DNA from: Mobula hypostoma
Lineage: Eukaryota
Length of the DNA stretch: 64,000 nt
Direction: 5' to 3'
Assembly: GCF_963921235.1 (NCBI RefSeq)
Contig: NC_086097.1
Location: 256,310,001-256,374,000, forward strand
The notes beneath the pieces are model-generated. The model was not told the DNA's origin. It worked only from the letters and a program-made list of their open reading frames with translations, and ran no database searches. Below, in pieces: positions 60,101-64,000 of this stretch. Every line of letters starts with the position of its first letter. The first letter of the stretch is position 1. The position numbers and the translations under genes were made by a program.

Positions 60101-63100
60101 GTATAATGACAGGAGTTTCAAGGGTCAAGTTTCAGGACTGGTGTTTCAACGCAGGAGATTCAGGGCAGGAGTTTCAGGACAGGAGTTTCAGGGGTTGAGT
60201 TCCAAGGCAGGACTTTCAGAGGTCGAATTTCAGGGCAGCAGTTTCAGCGTTCGAGTATCAGGCAACGAGTTTCAGGGCAGGAGTTTCAGGGGTAGGGTTT
60301 CAGGGCTGGAGATTATGGGCAGCAGATTCAGCGCAGGAGTTACAGGGGACCAGTTTCAGGGCTGGTGTTTCAGGGCAGGGGATTCATGGCAGGAGTTTTA
60401 GGACAGTAGTTTCGGTGGACGAGTTTCAGGCCAGGAGTTTCTGAGCAGGAGATTCAGGACAGCAGATAGGGAATGAGTTTCAAGGATCTCGTATCAGGGC
60501 TGGAGTTTCAGGGGTCGAGTTTCAGGGCAGGCATTTCAGTGCAGAGATTTCAGGGCACGGGGCTCAGGGCAGGAGTTTCAGGGGTCGAGTTTGAGGGCAG
60601 GGGATTCAGGGGTCTAGTTTCATGGCAGGAATTTCAGGGCAGGGTTTTCGAGCTGGAGTATCAGGGGTCGAGTTTCAGGTCTGTATTTTCAGGGGTCGAA
60701 TTTCAGGGCAGGAGTTTCAGGGTAGGAGTTTCAGTGGTCGACTTTGAGGGCAGTAGTTTGAGGGCAGAAGGTTCAGCTCAGAAGAATCAGGGAATGAGTT
60801 TCAATGCGGGAGATTCAGGGCAGAAGTTTCTGGGCTGGTGATTAAGGACAGGAGTTTCAGGAGTCGAGTTTCAGGGCTGGTGAGTGCAGGCAGGAGATTC
60901 AAGGCAGTAGTTTAAGGACAGGAGTTTCAGGGCTGGTGTTTCAATGCCGGCGATGCAGGGCAGGAGATTCAGGACAGGGGTTTCAGGGGTCGAATTCCAA
61001 GACAGGAGTTTCAGCGGTCGCGTTTCAGGTCAGCAGGTTCAGGGTTCAAGTATCAGGGAAGGAGTTTCAGTCAAGACGCTTCAGGGCAGCTGCTTCAGGG
61101 CAAGAGATTCAATGGTCGAGCTTCAGGCCTGGAATTTCAGGGCAGGACTTTCAGGGTAGGAGTTTCAGGACAGGAGTTTCAGAGTAGGAGTTAATCTGCA
61201 GGAGTTTCACGGCAGTCGTTTTATTGCAGGAGTGTCAGGTCAGGAGTTTTGGGTGTCGAGTTTCAGGGTAGGAGTTTCAGTGCAGGAGTGTCAGGGGACC
61301 AATTTCAGGGCACGGGTGTTTCAGGGCAGAGTTTGCGAGCTGGAGTATCAGGGGTCAAATTTCAGGTCTGTATTTTCAGGGTCGAATTTCAGGGCAGGAG
61401 TTTCTGAGCAGGAGATTCAGGACAGCAGATTCAGGAATGAGTTTCAAGGTTCTAGTATCAGGGCAGGAGTTTCAGGGGTCGAGTTTGAGGGCAGGGGAAT
61501 CAGGGGTCTAGTTTCATGGCAGGAATTTCAGGGCAGGACTTTTCGAACTGGAGTATCAGGGGTCTGTATTTTCAGGGGTCGAATTTTAGGGCAGGAGTTT
61601 CAGGGTAGGAGTTTCAGTGGTCGACTTTCAGGGCAGTAGTTTGAGGGCAGGAGGTTCAGCTCAGGAGAATCAGGGAATGAGTTTCACTGCAGGAGATTCA
61701 GGGCAGAAGTTTCTGGGCTGGTAATTAAGGACAGGAGTTTCAGGAGACGAGTTTCTGGGCTGGTAATTAAGGACAGGAGTTTCAGGAGACGAGTTTCAGG
61801 GCTGGTGTGTCCTGGCAGGAGATTCAAGGCAGGAGTTTCAGGGCAGGAGTTTCAGGGGTCGTTACACGGCAGTCGTTTTATTGCAGGCATGTCAAGTCAG
61901 GAATTTTGGGTGTCGAGTTTCAGGGGACCAGTTTCAGGGCAGGTGTTTCAGGGCAGAGTTTGCGAGCTGGAGTATCAGGGGTCGAGTTTCAGGTCTGTTT
62001 TTTCAGGGCAGGAGTTTCAGGGTAGGAGTTTCAATGGTCGACTCTGAGGGCTGGAGTTTGAGGGCAGGAGGTTCAGAGTAGGAGTTTCAGTGCAGCGGTT
62101 GCACGGCAGGAGTTTCAGGAGTCCAGTTTCAGGGCAGGAGTATCAGGGAATGAGTTTCAATACAGGAGATTCATGGGAGAGGTTTCAGGGCTGATGTTTA
62201 AGGACAGGAGTTTCAGGGGTCGAGTTTCAGGGCTAGTGTTTCAACGCAGGAGGTTCAGGGCAGCAGTTTCAGGACAGGCGTTTCAGTGGTCGATTCCAAG
62301 GCAGGAGTTTCAGAGGTCGAGTTTCAGGGCAGGAGTTTCAGGGTTCGAGTATCAGGGCAGGAGTTTCAGGGAAGACGTTTCAGGGCAGGTGTTTCAGGGC
62401 AGGAGCTTCAGAGTAGGAGTTTCAATGCAGGAGTTGCAGGGCAGGAGTTTCAGGCGTCCAGTTTCAGGGCAGGAGTATCAGGGAAGGAGTTTCAATGCAG
62501 GTGATTCAGGGTAGCAGTTTCAGGGCTGGCAGTTAAGGGCAGGAGTTGCAGGGGTCAAATTTCTGGGCAGGTGTTTCAGGGCTGGAGTTTCAGGGGTCGA
62601 GTTTCAGGGCAGGAGATTGAGGGCAGGATATTCAGGGCAGGAGTTATATGCAGGAGTTTCAGGTTAGGACTTATAGGGCTGTAATTTAAGTGTAGGAGTT
62701 TCAGAGGTCGAGTTTCATGGCAGGCGTCTTTGGTGTCGAGCTACAGGTCAGGGGTTTCAGGGAAGGAGATTCAGGGCAGGGGTTTCATAGGTCGCGTTTC
62801 AGTGCAGGAGTTTCAAGTCTCGGGTTTCAGGGCATGAATTTCAGTATAGGAGTTTCAGGGGTCGAGTTTCAAGGCAGGAGTTACAGGGGTCGAGTTTCAA
62901 GGCAGGAGTTTTAGTGCAGGAGTTTCAAGGCAGGACTTTCAGTGCAGGAATTTCAGGCATGGGTTTCAATGCAGGAGTTTCAGGGCATGAGTTTCAGGGC
63001 AGAGTTTGCGAGCTGGAGTATCAGGGGTCGAGTTTCAGGTCTGTATTTTCAGTGGTCGAATTTCAGGGCAGGAGTTTCAGGGTAGGAGATTCAATGGTCG

Positions 63101-64000
63101 AGATTCATTCCAGGAGTTTCAGTGCAGGAGTTTTGGGGCATGAGTTCCAGGGCAGGAATTTCAGTGTATGAGTTTCCTGGGTCGAGTTTCAGGGCAGGGG
63201 TTTCAAGTCACGGGTTTCAGGGCATGAATTTCAGTATAGGAGTTTCAGGGGTCGAGTTTCAAGGCAGGAGTTACAGGGGTCGAGTTTCAAGGCAGGAGTT
63301 TCAGGGCAGGAGTTTTAGTGCAGGAGTTTCAAGGCAGGACTTTCAGTGCAGCAATTTCAGGCATGGGTTTCAATGCAGGAGTTTCAGGGCAGAGTTTGCG
63401 AGCTGGAGTATCAGGGGTCTGTATTTTCAGTGGTCGAATTTCAGGGCAGGAGTTTCAGTGCAGGAGTTTTGGGGCATGAGTTCCAGGGCAGGAATTTCAG
63501 TGTATGAGTTTCCTGGGTCGAGTTTCAGGGCAGGAGTTTCAAGGCAAGGGCTTCAGGGTATGAGGTTCCGAGTAGAAGTTTCATGAGTCGAGTTTCAGGG
63601 CAGAAGTTTCAAGGCTGGGGTATCAGGGAAGGAGGTTCAGGGTAGGACTTTCATATATCGAGTTTCAGGGCAGGATTTCAGAGCAGGAGATTCAAGGCAG
63701 GAGTTTCAGGGGCGAGTTTCAGCGCAGGAGTTTCAAGGCAAGGGTTTCAGTGCATGAGTTTCAGAGTAGGAGTTTAGGGCACGTGTTTCAGAAATCGTGT
63801 TTCAGTGCAGGAGTTTTAGGGCAGCAGTTACGGGGTTGGTGTTTCAGAGGTTGAGTTTCAGAGCAGGAGATTCAAGGAAGGAGTTTCATTGCAGGGGTTT
63901 CAGGGCAGTTGTTTCAGGGGTTGAGTTTCAGGGCAGGAGTTTCAGGGGTAGGGTTTCAGGGCTGGAGATTATGGGCAGCAGATTCAGGGCAGGAGTTACA

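Larger units (their letters stand above)
16493..64000 (+). repeat. Large G-rich satellite array, 14-bp monomer GGAGTTTCAGGGCA (roughly 3,400 diverged monomers), continuing beyond the window
   Basis: A TTTCAGG core recurs at about 14-bp spacing throughout. Variants include GTCGAG, GTAGGAG, AGATTCA and AGTATCA. The translation repeats every 14 aa (42 bp) as GRSFRAGVSGQEFQ. Confidence 0.98.

Noticed and set aside
16668..63586. Hundreds of + strand ORFs with GRSFRAGVSGQEFQ repeats (possible repetitive structural protein)
   Set aside because: The 14-mer has no stop on the + strand and cycles through all three frames every 42 bp, while the minus strand has TGA in each monomer. The ORFs overlap in all frames with frequent stops and indels, so they are an artefact.
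16493..64000. CRISPR-like array
   Set aside because: No unique spacers between constant repeats, no cas genes, and a eukaryotic TE context.
16493..64000. Telomeric repeat or immunoglobulin switch region
   Set aside because: The period is 14, not (TTAGGG)n, with only sporadic TTAGGG variants. AGCT is not dominant and no Ig exons are visible.

Overview
Repeat-only vertebrate genomic DNA. The CR1-rich content and element types suggest a cartilaginous fish, but this is inference. No intact host protein-coding gene or RNA gene is visible. Bases 1-16.5 kb are a pile of nested transposons: about a dozen CR1 LINE ORF2 fragments on both strands, a nearly intact Charlie/SPIN/GTF2IRD2-like hAT transposon (607-codon frame with one in-frame TGA), a short internally deleted Rex1/Babar-like LINE, a probable non-autonomous DNA transposon, and a small CpG-rich promoter-like patch next to a palindromic repeat. 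From 14,421 to the window end lies a large G-rich satellite with a 14-bp monomer (consensus GGAGTTTCAGGGCA, common variant CGAGTTTCAGGGGT). It is interrupted once by a CR1 with a 7-bp target-site duplication (TSD) and is organised as nested higher-order duplications of irregular size (about 0.4, 0.5, 0.74, 1.5, 2.4, 3.1, 7.7 and 10.8 kb). The many + strand ORFs there are translation artefacts of the 14-mer. I see no evidence for a new protein-coding system; the most notable items are the satellite architecture, the nested insertion chronology and the near-intact hAT.
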